Shown here piece after piece: positions 29,676 to 41,500 of a stretch of 64,000 nucleotides of DNA. Source of the stretch: an uncultured delta proteobacterium. Its GTDB lineage: Bacteria; Desulfobacterota; Binatia; Bin18. The position numbers and the translations under genes are program-made. Under the pieces are notes generated by a model. It was not told where the DNA came from. It worked only from the letters and a program-made list of their open reading frames with translations, and did not search any database. The number at the start of each line of letters is the position of its first letter. The stretch's first letter is position 1. Location: positions 1 through 64,000 of the forward strand of contig CAVTCR010000058.1 in the NCBI GenBank assembly GCA_963733195.1, written 5' to 3'.

Positions 29676-31197
29676 ATGTCAACCGACCTCGAACGAACAC
29701 GAACGCGTCTCGCGAGTTTGATTGAAATCAATCAGTTACTCATGGGGACTCTCGACTCGGATGAGTTACTGCGAGTGATTATCGAGTCAGCGATCCGCTT
29801 GTTTACGGTGGAAGCTTGCAGCATCGGCCTTATTGATGAAGGAAGGCAGCAGTTAGCCTTTGCCTTTTCGCTTGGTGGGGCAAATGTCGAAGAGTTTCGT
29901 ATCGCGCTGGGGCAGGGGATTGCCGGGTGGGTCGCACAGACCGGCGAAGCCGTCATCTCTAATGATGTGTCGCGCGATCGTCGGTTTTTTCAAGGCGTCG
30001 ATCGGCAGACTGGATTCAGGACGAGGTCTGTCCTGTGTGCGCCCTTGAAACAACACAACCACATTATTGGGGTTATCGAAGCCATGAATACCACCATCCC
30101 GGCAGGCTTTCTGCCGGAAGATCTCCAACTGCTGATGGCATTTGGTGGCTTGGCAGCAACTGCCCTCACCCGTGCGAAAGCGTTTGCGACAGTCCACAAC
30201 ACCAACACGGCATTTCAAGAAGAGGCACAGGAGCGATACCGCTTTGTCACGGGTTCGAGCCCGGCCATGCAAGAGGTCATACGGTTTGCGCGCACTACCG
30301 CTGGGACATCCACGACGGTCTTGCTTCTTGGTGAGAGCGGCACTGGCAAAGAGGTAGTGGCGCGTGCAATCCACCGCTGGAGCCCGCGCGCAGAGCATCC
30401 GTTTGTGGCAGTCAATTGTACCGCGCTGACGGCGGAGTTGTTAGAAAGTGAGCTGTTTGGTCACGAGAAAGGCGCTTTCACCGGTGCGGTGGCGCAGAAG
30501 AAGGGCAAGTTTGAACTCGCTGATGGCGGTACGATCTTTCTCGACGAGATTGGCGATCTTGCGCCCAACCTGCAAGTAAAGCTGCTACGGGTCTTGCAAG
30601 ACAAGGAGTTTCAGCGGGTTGGTGGAATCAAAAATCTCCGGGTCGACGTGCGTATTCTTGCCGCGACCAATCGTAAGCTTCCTCAGGCTATGCAAAAAGG
30701 GCTTTTTCGTGAGGATCTCTACTATCGACTCAATGTTGCCTCGATTACCCTGCCACCCCTTCGTGACCGATGCGAGGACGTTCCGACACTGGTCTGTCAT
30801 TTCATCGAACAGTCGTGTCTCGCAGTAAATCGTGTGCCGATGCCCATCGAGCCCACAGCGTTGGCATTGTTGTGTGCGTATGCGTGGCCTGGCAATGTAC
30901 GTGAACTGCAAAATGCGATTGAGCGTGCGGTGGTGTTTGCCGCGGGTCCAGTGATCACCGTCACTGATTTGCCGGCGGAAATCCGTCAACAGTCTGTGAG
31001 TCCTGCGGGAGTGGCGCTCCAGATCCCTGGGCTCGACGATGAGCTACCGTTAGCTGAGGCAACCGACGTGTTTCTCCGAGCCAAGATTCGCAGAACGCTC
31101 GACATTGCGGGTGGCAGCCAAACCGAAGCAGCGAGACTGTTAGGGTTGCCACAATCGAATTTGTCGCGCTCTGATGAAACGCTTGCGGTTACGGTGA
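29676..31197 (+). CDS. GAF-domain sigma54 activator (NifA-like architecture)
   Basis: [13 protein letters not shown]...[24 protein letters not shown] (GAF), [22 protein letters not shown] and HTH. A frameshift near 31170; the corrected end is ...MKRLRLR*. Confidence 0.92.
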
Positions 31198-32200
31198 GCT
31201 TAAGGATTGGGTGTTTGTTGCAATCACGGCTCCTTCAACATTGCCGATGTCCACTGTCATATAGTCCCGACAACCAAAGACCGGAATCGTGACTCCGTCA
31301 CTCGCGAGCGTCGTTCTGGCGATCTCCACAATCTCATCGACCTGAACATCTGATGAAGCTGGGTCGTGGTGTGTCAGTCCCAGTGCCTTGGCCCCAACTC
31401 GCTTGGCGACCCGGGCGCTGTAATCGGGAGTCGCATGGCCCCAGCCTGCGGTCATTTCCTCATACTTCTTGCGTGTATATTGCGCGTCCATGACGAGTAA
31501 ATCTGCATTCTGTAAGTGTGTAGCCAAGCGCGTCGGAATCCCATCCTGGTTTTCATGGTCTGTAAGAAAGGCGAACGTCTGTCCAGACGGTTGTTCCTCA
31601 AAGCGGTATGAAATCGTTCGCTCGGGATGATGGCTGCGGTGCATAGTAATGACCAGACACTCGGCAAGCTTGAAATGAGTCCCGTTGGGGAACGAGATCG
31701 GTACTCCTTCGGCGGTCAGACGTTCAAGCGACTCGATAGTAAGCATGTTTTGCCCACCTTGCGGATGGATGACGTGCACGGTGCTATTAGGATTGGTGAT
31801 GTCAACGCAATCGATATGGCTCCCGACTTCACGCAGATCGATGGGGAAATATGGTGATTGCATAAGAGTTTGATATACGGCACGCGGCCCCAGCCCTTGA
31901 TCGGTTGGTCCGTAAATGGTCACAGGCACATGTTTGAGGTAGGGAAAGGTTGAGAGAACAAGTCCCTGGGTGTGATCATGATGATAGTGGGTCTGAAGGA
32001 TAGTCACCGCTTGTCCGCCGCCCCGAGCAAAATCAGCAGACAGTGGAACGATGCCTGTCCCAGCGTCGATCAACAGCCAGTGACCAGTGGGGTAAGCATG
32101 GAGATTCGACCCACAGGCATGTGGTATTACCGCCGTAGATGGTTTTGCTGGGATGAGAGACCGGGCAACTACCGCGCGTTCCGTAAAATGTTACTCGCAT
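31189..32200 (-). CDS. MBL-fold metallo-hydrolase (PhnP/phosphodiesterase-like; frameshift near 32090)
   Basis: [11 protein letters not shown]...[35 protein letters not shown] and THHDP. Confidence 0.88.
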
Positions 32201-32234
32201 AATACCCCTCGTTGGGAATTTATAGGTATAATAC

Positions 32235-32251
32235 CGCACAGAATGTGCCAA
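32235..32251 (-). promoter_or_regulatory. Sigma54 -24/-12 promoter for the MBL gene
   Basis: Minus strand tTGGCACattctGTGCg has GG-N10-GC spacing, about 35 nt before ATG 32200. Confidence 0.65.
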
Positions 32252-32438
32252 GCAAAGAGAACCTGGAGGCTACGGATGAGGAATCTCATCTCCAACTTGA
32301 GGGTAATCCCTTGTCGACGAGAAACCGCATTGAGCGGAAATTGAATTGTTCCTGATTGTTGGAAGTGGTGGCTCTTGACCGCTTCTCTCATGATGTAAAG
32401 AATATCATACTCACGCGTGAATAGGAGAATCGACTGCG

Positions 32439-32637
32439 ATGGGCAAACGAAAGATGATTAATTTCGCTCGACCGGGTGCTGGCCAATATGAAGATGTCGA
32501 AGAAGAGGGTATGCCAAAACCCTGTGCGATGGGGATTCCGTGGGTAAATCCCGATACGCTGAGTACGCTTGAACAGTCGAAAAATCAATCGCACTGGTCC
32601 CAAAGGTGAGCCGCTACCAGAGCCAAAAAAATCCTAA
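32439..32637 (+). CDS. Small hypothetical protein not in the ORF track
   Basis: AGGAG precedes the ATG; reads MGKRKMINFARPGAGQYEDVEEEGMPKPCAMGIPWVNPDTLSTLEQSK. It is 56 aa as read, or about 65 aa if one A is removed from the run near 32580. Confidence 0.45.
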
Positions 32638-32677
32638 ACCAAACTGCTGACAGTGCGGGGTGCTAAGTTCAGATAGA

Positions 32678-32761
32678 GTAGGGTGGGCAAAAGCGGAGCG
32701 TTGCCCACCAGCTTAGTGGCTTTGTAGGGCGTTGGGCTTCACCAAGCTCAGCCCAACCTAC
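32678..32761. repeat. GTAG-type REP doublet
   Basis: gtagggtgggcaa..ttgcccacc and gtagggcgttgggct..agcccaacctac. Confidence 0.65.
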
Positions 32762-32837
32762 CTGTTAATCTTAATTCTCGCCTACGAGAGCGCAAGATAT
32801 AGGCGAGAATACACGCAGTGTTTCCGACAAAACTTAT

Positions 32838-33131
32838 CTACTCGTGAGGCAAACGTTTCGCTGCGGAAGCGCGGGTAGCACGTCGGCGAACGGTATCAAA
32901 CAACGGATGCGATTGTCGACGGATGCCGAAGTAATAGCAACAAATGTCGTTATCGAGGTCGTTGCTGAACGTACGTTGTTGGCCGTCGTCAAACAAAATC
33001 CGCACCAGACACGTACCACCAATCAACGTCGAGGTCATTTCTTCAACAACAACACCCTGCCCCCACTCTTCGTAGCGAAGGTGAATGACGTGGTCGCCAA
33101 GTCGTAAATAGAGTCGCGGTCCGTCGCGCAC
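32838..33131 (-). CDS. DUF3553-like small SH3-barrel protein
   Basis: LYLRLGDHVIH..YEEWGQGVVVEE...LVRILFDDGQQRTF.NDL...CCYY.G. Confidence 0.65.
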   Translation of the reverse strand: MRDGPRLYLRLGDHVIHLRYEEWGQGVVVEEMTSTLIGGTCLVRILFDDGQQRTFSNDLDNDICCYYFGIRRQSHPLFDTVRRRATRASAAKRLPHE

Positions 33132-33268
33132 GATGAATCCTACAATTTGGTTGACCTCTTGTAGCTGAAAACTCTGGAGTGAGGCAAGAAGGCAATTTTC
33201 GCGCCAATGAAGAAATTTGCTAAAGCAAAACAGACTCTGCTATGAGCCGAACCAGGAGGGTGACCACC

Positions 33269-34525
33269 ATGAGTGAAGGACAAACGCACGATGCACTGCT
33301 GGCTGGGATTAAGGTGTTGGATTTTACCCATGTCCTTGCCGGTCCTACATGTACACGTATTCTGGCCGATCTCGGAGCAGAAGTGATCAAGCTCGAAGCA
33401 GCGCCGAATGGAGATGTCGCTCGTGGTATGTTCTATGTCAAAGAGAATCTGAGTGCGCTGTTTCTATACACTTGCGCAGGCAAAAAGAGTCTCTGTCTTG
33501 ATTTGAAAAAATCGCAAGGGTTACAGATCGCCAAAGATCTGGTTGCTAAATTCGATGTGGTCGTGGAGAATTTTGCGCCGGGAGTGATGAAGAAACTCGG
33601 ACTCGATTATGCCGTGCTCAAAGAGATCAATCCTCGGATCGTCATGGCGTCAATTTCGGGATTTGGTCAATCCGGTCCCTGGGCTGATCGCACTAGCTTC
33701 GATATCATTGGTCAGGCAATGAGTGGCGTGATGCACATGACTGGCGAGCCGGATGGCCCGCCACAGTATGTGGGGAATTACATCGGTGATCCCAATGCTG
33801 GAGTGCAGGCGGCGCTGGCGATTTGTGCGTCGCTCTTCTATCGCGACCGTACTGGCAAAGGGCAGTACATTGACATTGCGCAAGTTGACTCACTGCTCTA
33901 CCTCGACTTGGTGAATATTCCTTACTACGCGCTTTCTAATGGCGCGTTTAATCCCAAGCGCTTTGGTGCGCATCACTATGCTGTCTGTCCTCTTGGCGTC
34001 TTCAAAGGAAAAGATGGATACGTTGTCCTGCAAGCGATCGAACACCAATGGCCGAATTTTGCCAAAGCTATAGGCCGGGAAGATCTGATCACAAATCCAA
34101 ACTTCGCAACCAATGCGAAACGGTTAGAGAATCGTGAAGAGCTGGCAAAAATTATCGAAGCCTGGTTGCAGTCGTTTCCGAACAATGATGCGGCCTTGAG
34201 TGCCCTTGCAGAACAGCGAATTCCTTGTGCCCCGGTACTTGATATGGGCGGGGCACTCAGCCATCCACAAACATTAGCGCGTGGTATGGTCACAGAAATC
34301 GAACACCCACTGTATGGCACAATGCCAATTGTTAATACTCCTTTTGTAATGTCCGAAGCTCCACGGCACATCCAAGGACCGGCACCGTTTCTTGGTCAGC
34401 ATAACGCTGAGGTGATCGCGCAGCATTTAGGCTATGATGATGGACGCATCGATCAATTGACTCAAACGGGGGTCCTCTTTGAAGAGGAGCGGATCAAAAA
34501 GCTGCGCCAGCAAGGGGTTATCTAA
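33269..34525 (+). CDS. CaiB/BaiF family III CoA-transferase
   Basis: LAGIKVLDFTHVLAGP...LADLGAEVIKLE, DVVVENFAPG, SISGFGQSGP and APFLGQH. Confidence 0.95.
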   Translation: MSEGQTHDALLAGIKVLDFTHVLAGPTCTRILADLGAEVIKLEAAPNGDVARGMFYVKENLSALFLYTCAGKKSLCLDLKKSQGLQIAKDLVAKFDVVVENFAPGVMKKLGLDYAVLKEINPRIVMASISGFGQSGPWADRTSFDIIGQAMSGVMHMTGEPDGPPQYVGNYIGDPNAGVQAALAICASLFYRDRTGKGQYIDIAQVDSLLYLDLVNIPYYALSNGAFNPKRFGAHHYAVCPLGVFKGKDGYVVLQAIEHQWPNFAKAIGREDLITNPNFATNAKRLENREELAKIIEAWLQSFPNNDAALSALAEQRIPCAPVLDMGGALSHPQTLARGMVTEIEHPLYGTMPIVNTPFVMSEAPRHIQGPAPFLGQHNAEVIAQHLGYDDGRIDQLTQTGVLFEEERIKKLRQQGVI

Positions 34526-34527
34526 CG

Positions 34528-36067
34528 ATGATGGCCAACGAAGTCGAACTCAAACTCCTCATTGCTCAGGGCGATATAGAGCGGCTTTTACATCATCCTG
34601 TACTCGAGACAGTTGCGCGTCGCGAATTGCTACCGCAGCAACTCCTCAGTGTGTACTATGACACCCCTGATCTCGACCTGAAGAAGCACCGCACGGCTCT
34701 TCGCTTGCGCCGCACTGGCACTCGGTGGATACAAACGGTGAAGACGGAAGGGAAGATTACCGGTGGGTTGCACGAACGGCCAGAGTGGGAGAGCGAAACC
34801 GCAGAGGGCACGTTTGATTTTGCTGCGATTCCTGATCCAGCCGTACGCGAGTTTTTTGCTGACGAGAAAATTCGTGAAACACTGCGGCCAGTATTTGTGA
34901 CCGAGTTTACACGCACGAGTTCCTTATTGGAGTTCGCCGGTGGTGATGTGGTCGAGCTGTCTCTCGACCAAGGAGAGATTTGTGCTGAAGAGAAACGATT
35001 GCCGATCAGTGAGGTTGAATTAGAACTCAAAGCTGGTAATCCGGCGCGGCTCTTTGATCTCGCTTTGCAATTGCAAGGATCAATCTCTTTGAAGCTGGAG
35101 AATGTTAGCAAGGCAGAACGCGGGTATCGGCTGATCGCTCCCATAGTTCTTACCCCGGTGAAAGCGCAAACTCCTGAATTTTCGCCGGAACTTTCTACGA
35201 GGGAAGCGTTTGTGCATATTCTACGGAGTGAGGTGGTGCATCTCCAGGCTAATGAAGAAGGTGTGATTACAAGGAGAGCACCCTGAGTTTATCCATCAGA
35301 TGCGCGTAGCACTACGGCGAATGCGTTCGGCCTTGCGGGTGTTCTCCGCCGTCGTCCCTCGCGAGACGAGTCTGCCGCTCAGTGAGGAACTCCGTTGGTT
35401 AACCAAGGAGCTCGATGCTGCTCGTAACTGGGATGTGTTTGTGTTGGAAACCTTACCGCCTATTCTTGCAGCGTTCCCTGAACACCAAAGTCTCATGTCC
35501 TTAAGGACAGAGAGTGATCAATTACGCCAGCGACAAAACCTCTGGGCAAGCGGAGCGATAACATCGGGGCGCTATCAACAACTGCTCCTGCGTCTTGGGA
35601 CGTGGTTATGTTCGCAGCCGTGGCAAGTGGAGGGAGAGGAAAACACTGCGCACATCGCAGAGCAGCCTATCTCGGTGTTTGCTGAGCAAGTTTTGCAAAA
35701 GTATCATAAACAATTCAAAAAACAGGGACGACATCTTGCGACACTCGCGCCCGAAGAGCGACATCAGGTAAGAATTGCTGCGAAGAGACTACGCTATGCT
35801 GCCGAGTTCTTCTCTTCTTTATATTCACACAAACGGACACGGCGATATATCGCGGCCTTGGCGAGTTTGCAGGAAATTCTCGGTTTGCTGAATGATGCGG
35901 CGACAGCAATATCATTGTTGAAGGACCTCGAGGGAACGGCGGATGACACGACGCAACAACAAACGAAGAACCTTGTGCTTGGTTGGGTCGGTGGGATGAG
36001 TCAGGCGCGAACGCAAGAACTCGCTGACGCGTGGAAGCATTTTGTGGAACAGAAAGTGTTCTGGTAA
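34528..36067 (+). CDS. CYTH plus CHAD domain protein (inorganic triphosphatase-like; frameshift near 35280)
   Basis: EVELKL, YYDTPD..L, EVELELKAG and SKAERGY; then HQMRVALRRMRS and HQVRIAAKRLRYAAEFF. Confidence 0.9.
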
Positions 36068-36101
36068 CAAGAACAAGATACTTGGAGAATGAGGGGACCT
36101 C

Positions 36102-36555
36102 ATGGACCTAATTCTATGGCGACATGCTGAAGCTGAAGATGGAGTTCCTGATACTGCACGTAAGCTGACGTCGAAAGGTGAAAAACAAGCGCAAAAAGTT
36201 GCTAAGTGGCTCAACGAACGTATCGGGCCGCCAGTGCGGGTGCTTGTGAGTCCTGCTGTTCGCACGCAGCAAACCGCTCGGGCGTTGACGAGTGAGTTCG
36301 AGACCAGTGGGAAAGTGGGATTAAGTACGTCGGTGAAGCAGTATCTTGTACGCGGCTGATTGTCCGAATGCCAAGGGAACAGTTATCGTCGTCGGACACC
36401 AACCGACCCTCGGCCAGGTTGCGGCCTTTCTTCTGACCGGCGAGGAAGCAGAGTGGGATGTTAAAAAAGGTGCGGTGTGGTGGTTTGAAGTTACTGACAA
36501 TGGTGGTGAACCTTATGCTTCTTTACGGGCGGTGATTGCTCCTCGAGAGGCGTAG
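36102..36555 (+). CDS. sixA: Phosphohistidine phosphatase SixA (frameshift near 36345)
   Basis: LILWRHAEAE..R.LT.KG, VSPAVRTQQTA and VVGHQPTLG. Confidence 0.85.
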
Positions 36556-36570
36556 CCCAGAGGGAGTACG

Positions 36571-36990
36571 ATGACGCGCCTGCGCTTTCATCTCGCTTTT
36601 CCTGTTACCGATCTGCCAACCACACGGCAGTTTTATATCGAGTTGCTTGGCTGCCGTGTGGGTCGCGAGAGTGATCGTTGGATCGACTTCGATTTTTTCG
36701 ATCACCAAATTACTGCACACCTCACAACGAGTACCACAGAGTCAAATGCCGCCAATCCTGTCGATGGCGATCAAGTACCCGTCCGCCACTTTGGTGTTAT
36801 CTTGGACTGGGAAGCCTGGCATGCCCTGGCGGATCGTTTACAATGTCAACAGGTACATTTTGTGATTGCTCCCCACATCCGTTTCAAAGGTGAGGTCGGC
36901 GAACAGGCGACGATGTTTATCAAAGATCCAAGTGGCAATGCGTTGGAATTCAAATCCTTCAAGGATATGAGCCGAGTATTTGCGAGTTAG
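36571..36990 (+). CDS. VOC/glyoxalase family protein
   Basis: [32 protein letters not shown] and [18 protein letters not shown]. Confidence 0.9.
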   Translation: MTRLRFHLAFPVTDLPTTRQFYIELLGCRVGRESDRWIDFDFFDHQITAHLTTSTTESNAANPVDGDQVPVRHFGVILDWEAWHALADRLQCQQVHFVIAPHIRFKGEVGEQATMFIKDPSGNALEFKSFKDMSRVFAS

Positions 36991-37101
36991 CTAATCGGTC
37001 CCTTTCGCGGCTGTTTTTACGGCTTTCCGGCTACCAACCTTGCTTTTTTGCAAAGCCATTGCTATCGGCGTCGACAGGTTTCACGCTAGGAGGGGCAATC
37101 T

Positions 37102-38440
37102 ATGCAGGGAGAAAGTACTGGAGGGTTTCGGCAGTTCGTTCGGTTTGTTGGGACACTTGGAGTGCTCGCTGGGTTTCCCACAACCGTCTTTGCTGAGGAT
37201 GCTTTGAATCCTGGCGATACCGCTTGGGTGCTCATTTCTACTGCCCTGGTACTCTTCATGATGATTCCCGGGCTGGCGATGTTCTATGCTGGCCTCGTCC
37301 GCAAGCGAAATGTTCTTTCTCTGTACATGCAATGTTTTACACTTACGGCGATTGTGACAGTGATCTGGACTTTCTACGGATATAGCCTGGCATTTGATAC
37401 CACCGGCATGCAGACTGGAGAGAAAGGGTTGCATGCGTTCATTGGGAGTCTGGAAAAAGCTTTTCTTGCCGGAGTGACCCCCGACTCATTGCGTGGCACG
37501 ATCCCGGAAGTCCTCTTCTTCATTTTTCAAGCGACGTTCGCTATCATCACTCCTGGTTTGATCCTTGGTGCATTCGCCGAACGCATGAAATTTGCTGCGG
37601 TGCTCCTCTTCTCGGCTTTGTGGGTGACCGTTGTCTATCTCCCGATTTGCCATATGGTCTGGGCCGGTGCTGGCGCGTACTTTGCCGATATGGGTGTGTT
37701 TGATTTTGCTGGTGGTATCGTAGTGCATATCACTGCAGGAGCGTCTGCACTTGTTGCCGCTATTGTCATAGGGAAGCGGCGAGGCTATCCAGAAACTCCT
37801 ATGCCGCCGCACAACATGACAATGGCACTGATCGGAACAGGCATGTTGTGGGTTGGGTGGTTTGGGTTTAACGGAGGCAGTGCACTGGCTGCCAACGGAC
37901 AAGCGAGCATGGCAGTTGTTGTGACACAGATTTCTCCTAGTGTTGCCGCGTTGGTCTGGAGCGCGATCGAGTGGTTGAAAGTCGGCAAGCCGAGCGCCCT
38001 TGGTTTAAGCCACTGGAGCGATTGCCGGTCTAGCGGCAATTACTCCAGCTTCTGGCAACGTTGGCCCAGCTGGAGCAATGGTTATTGGTGCGGTAGCTAG
38101 CGCGTTAGCGTATTTTGCAGTGGCCGTACTGAAACGCCAACTAGGCTACGATGATGCGCTGGACGTGGTTGGCGTTCACGGGGTCGGTGGATTGGTCGGG
38201 ACTATACTTGTAGGAATCTTCGCTTCTTCGGCGTTTGGTGGGAGTGTCCAAGACCTGAACATTGGTACACAGCTCGGAGTCCAAACCATAGCTGCGTTGA
38301 GTACTGTTGTGTACAGCATGCTTATGTCCTTAGTTATTTTGAAGATTGTTGACGTCTTGGTAGGACTGCGGGTTCATGAAGAAGACGAGTTTTCTGGACT
38401 CGATTTAGCCGAGCACGGAGAAGTGGGGTACGATTTGTAG
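37102..38440 (+). CDS. amt: Ammonium transporter (frameshift near 38005)
   Basis: GDTAWVLISTALVLFM, FQATFAIIT, DFAGGIVVH, LWVGWFGFNGGS, DDALDVVGVHG and GLDLAEHGE. Confidence 0.95.
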
Positions 38441-38459
38441 GCCTGCGATGGTCGAGTTT

Positions 38460-38489
38460 GTAGAGACGCCCTGCCAGGGCGTCTCTACG
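38460..38489. repeat. GTAG REP / bidirectional terminator hairpin
   Basis: gtagagacgccct-gcc-agggcgtctctac between the convergent amt and metH genes. Confidence 0.65.
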
Positions 38490-38505
38490 CCATACCGGTT
38501 ATCGA

Positions 38506-41500
38506 TTAACCTGCCAGCGACTGTTCAAATGCGGCCAACTCTTCTTCCAAAATGCTGAAATACTTTGCCTGCGGGTGATGGAAGACAAGTGCTGACACTG
38601 AAGCTTCAGGTTCCATCATGAATCCTTCGGTTAGTTCTACCCCGATCGTTTCTGTCACCTGCAACAGTTTGAAGAGTTTGGTTTGATCTTCCAGCCGTGG
38701 GCAGGCCGGATAACCAAAGCTAACTCGTACTCCGCGATAGCGGGCTTTGAAGCGCTCGCGCATAGTTAATTCCGCCGAGTCAGGGAAGCCCCACATTTCT
38801 CGCAGCCGCCGATGCAATAATTCAGCGAAGGCTTCGGCACCTTCAATCGCAATAGCTTGGAGCGTGTGGGATTTTGGATACTGCCCGTCTTGTTTGTACT
38901 GTTCGGCGAGGTTGCGCACGCCGTGGCCACAGGTAACAGTAAACATTGCCACGTAGTCACGCTTGCCTGAGCTTTGCGGAGCAACAAAGTCGCTCAAGCA
39001 CAAGCTTTCACCATGTGCTTGACGCGGGAAGTGGAAAGCTTCGATGACTTCGGTGCCCGTCGAGTTATAGATGAGGATCTGATCACCAGCGGAGTTGGCG
39101 GGGAAGAATTTGTAGACGCCACGCGCACGAAGGAATTTCTTGGCGAGAATCTCGTCTTCCAGCGCACGTACGAGCCGATCAAGGTCACGGGCTTTCTTAT
39201 CTCCTTGCTCTAGCAGAGTCTCTAAATTGCCCTTAAGTCCGAGGTGTTTTCCATACAGCATGGTTGGGTTGATGTAGGCGAACACATCTTCCAAATCGTA
39301 GTCATCGAGAACGTGCGAGCGCAGGTCCGGTGGCAGTGGAATCTCATGCCCATGTGCAATTGAGGACACACGCGGTGTTGACGCCGCTTCCACGATAATT
39401 GTTGCTTCCGCTGGTTTCTGTACTTGCTCAATAAGCCGTTTTCGATCAGTGGCAATTTTTTCATTTAGTACTGCCCGTTTATCAGGAATCACAATTTGAT
39501 TGGCGAGGTCAAGGCCATTCATGGCGTCGTTGGCGTAGCAGACTAGTCCTTCGTATTCAGGTGCGATTTTGGTCGCGGTAAAACGCGCAGTGAGTGCAGC
39601 TCCACCAACGAGAATCGGACAACTGACACCCGCGGTCTTCAAATCTTGAGCAGTGACGACCATCTGTTGAGCGGATTTTACTAGCAACCCAGACAAGCCG
39701 ATCATGTCCGGCTTGTGGGTCCGATACGCTTCGATCAGTGTCTCGGGTGGAACCTTGATGCCCAAGTTGATCACGCGATAGCCATTGTTCCCCAGAATAA
39801 TTTCGACCAGATTCTTGCCGATGTCGTGGACATCACCTTTGACCGTGGCCAAGATGATCGAACCTTTGAGGGCATCGGCGGCCTTTTCCATAAACTGCTC
39901 GAGATGCCCAACTGCCGCTTTCATGGCTTCAGCACTCTGGAGTACTTCGGCGACAATCAACTCGTTGTTATTAAACAGGCGGCCAACTTCATCCATGCCT
40001 GTCATGAGTGGTCCATTGATGACTTCGAGAGGCTTCCGCGCTTTCAGTGCTTCATTGAGGTCATCGACTAGACCATCTTTTGACCCTTCGATAATGCATC
40101 GTGCTAAACGCTCATCGAGAGGAAGGTCTTTACGGGTGTCGATTTTTTCTTTCGTGTTCTTCTGGCGAAAATGGGCAGCAAAAGCTGCGATTGGGTCCTC
40201 TCCACGCCAAGAGATCAAATCTTCGGACAGACGGCGTTCCTCCTCGGAAATAGAGGCATAGCGTTCGAGTTTTTCACTGTTGACAATCGCCATGTCGAGG
40301 CCAGCTTTGACGCAATGATACAAGAACACGGAGTTCAGGACCTCGCGTCCAGCTGGAGGCAACCCAAAGGAGACGTTGCTGATGCCAAGAATAGTTTTGC
40401 ACTCTGGGAAGGTTTCTTTGATCAGGCGTACGCCTTCGATCGTTTCTTCGCCAGCGCCAATGTAGTTTTGATCGCCAGTGCCAAGTGGGAACACCAGTGG
40501 ATCAAAAATCAGGTCTTCAGCTGGGACACCATATTTCCGGGTCAACAAATCATAGCTGCGTTTGGCAACTTCGACCTTGCGTTTACGCGTTACCGCCATA
40601 CCTTGGACAGGGTCTTCGTCGATACAGCCAACAACGACAGCAGCCCCATACTTTCTGACTAACGGCACGACCTTTTCAAACCGTTCTTCACCATCTTCGA
40701 GGTTGATCGAGTTGATGATCGCTTTACCCTGCGAGCGCTTCAACGATTCTTCGATCACACGGGCATCGGTGGAGTCGATCATGAGCGGAGCTTTGATCTT
40801 TTTCACTAACAGGTCGAGGAACTTGGTCATGTCGGCCAGTTCATCACGGTCTGGGTCAGCCAAGCAGACATCAACGACTTGGGCCCCACCGCGGACTTGG
40901 CGGCGACCAATTTCTGTTCCTTCTTCAAATGCACCGGCAATAATTAACTCTTTAAATTTGCGTGAGCCGATAACGTTGGTGCGTTCACCAACGAGCACCG
41001 GGCGTTTGTCTTCTTCAATCGTCAAAGGTTCCAATCCAGCAACCACACTCCGGCGCGGAGCCTGGGTCATGCGTGGTTTTTTACCGTCGAGCATTTGCGC
41101 CAGCAGGCGGAGATGTTCGGGAGTAGTACCGCAACAGCCGCCGAGCGTATTCACCCACCCCTGGTCAACGAATCGCTCTAGCTTTGTGGCGATCATTTCT
41201 GGAGTTTCGTTATAGCGGCCTTCCTCATCTGGCAGACCAGCATTGGGCATACACAGTACTGGAAAACGCGAGATCTGCGACAGCGTGCGGATATGATCAG
41301 TCATGAAATCCGGGCCGGTTGCACAATTGAGCCCAATAGCGAGTAAATCATTGTGGGCTAGGGAAACGTAGAGAGCTTCGATTCCTTGACCTGCGAGTGT
41401 GGTACCCATGGTCTCGATCGTGCCAGAGATGATCACGGGCACCCTGACTCCAGTTTTCTGGAAGGCTTCATGAATACCGATAATGCCAGACTTGATGTTC

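Noticed and set aside
34528-36067. CYTH protein as a third adenylate cyclase of the cNMP module
   Set aside because: CYTH-CHAD next to sixA fits the known triphosphatase/polyphosphate context better.
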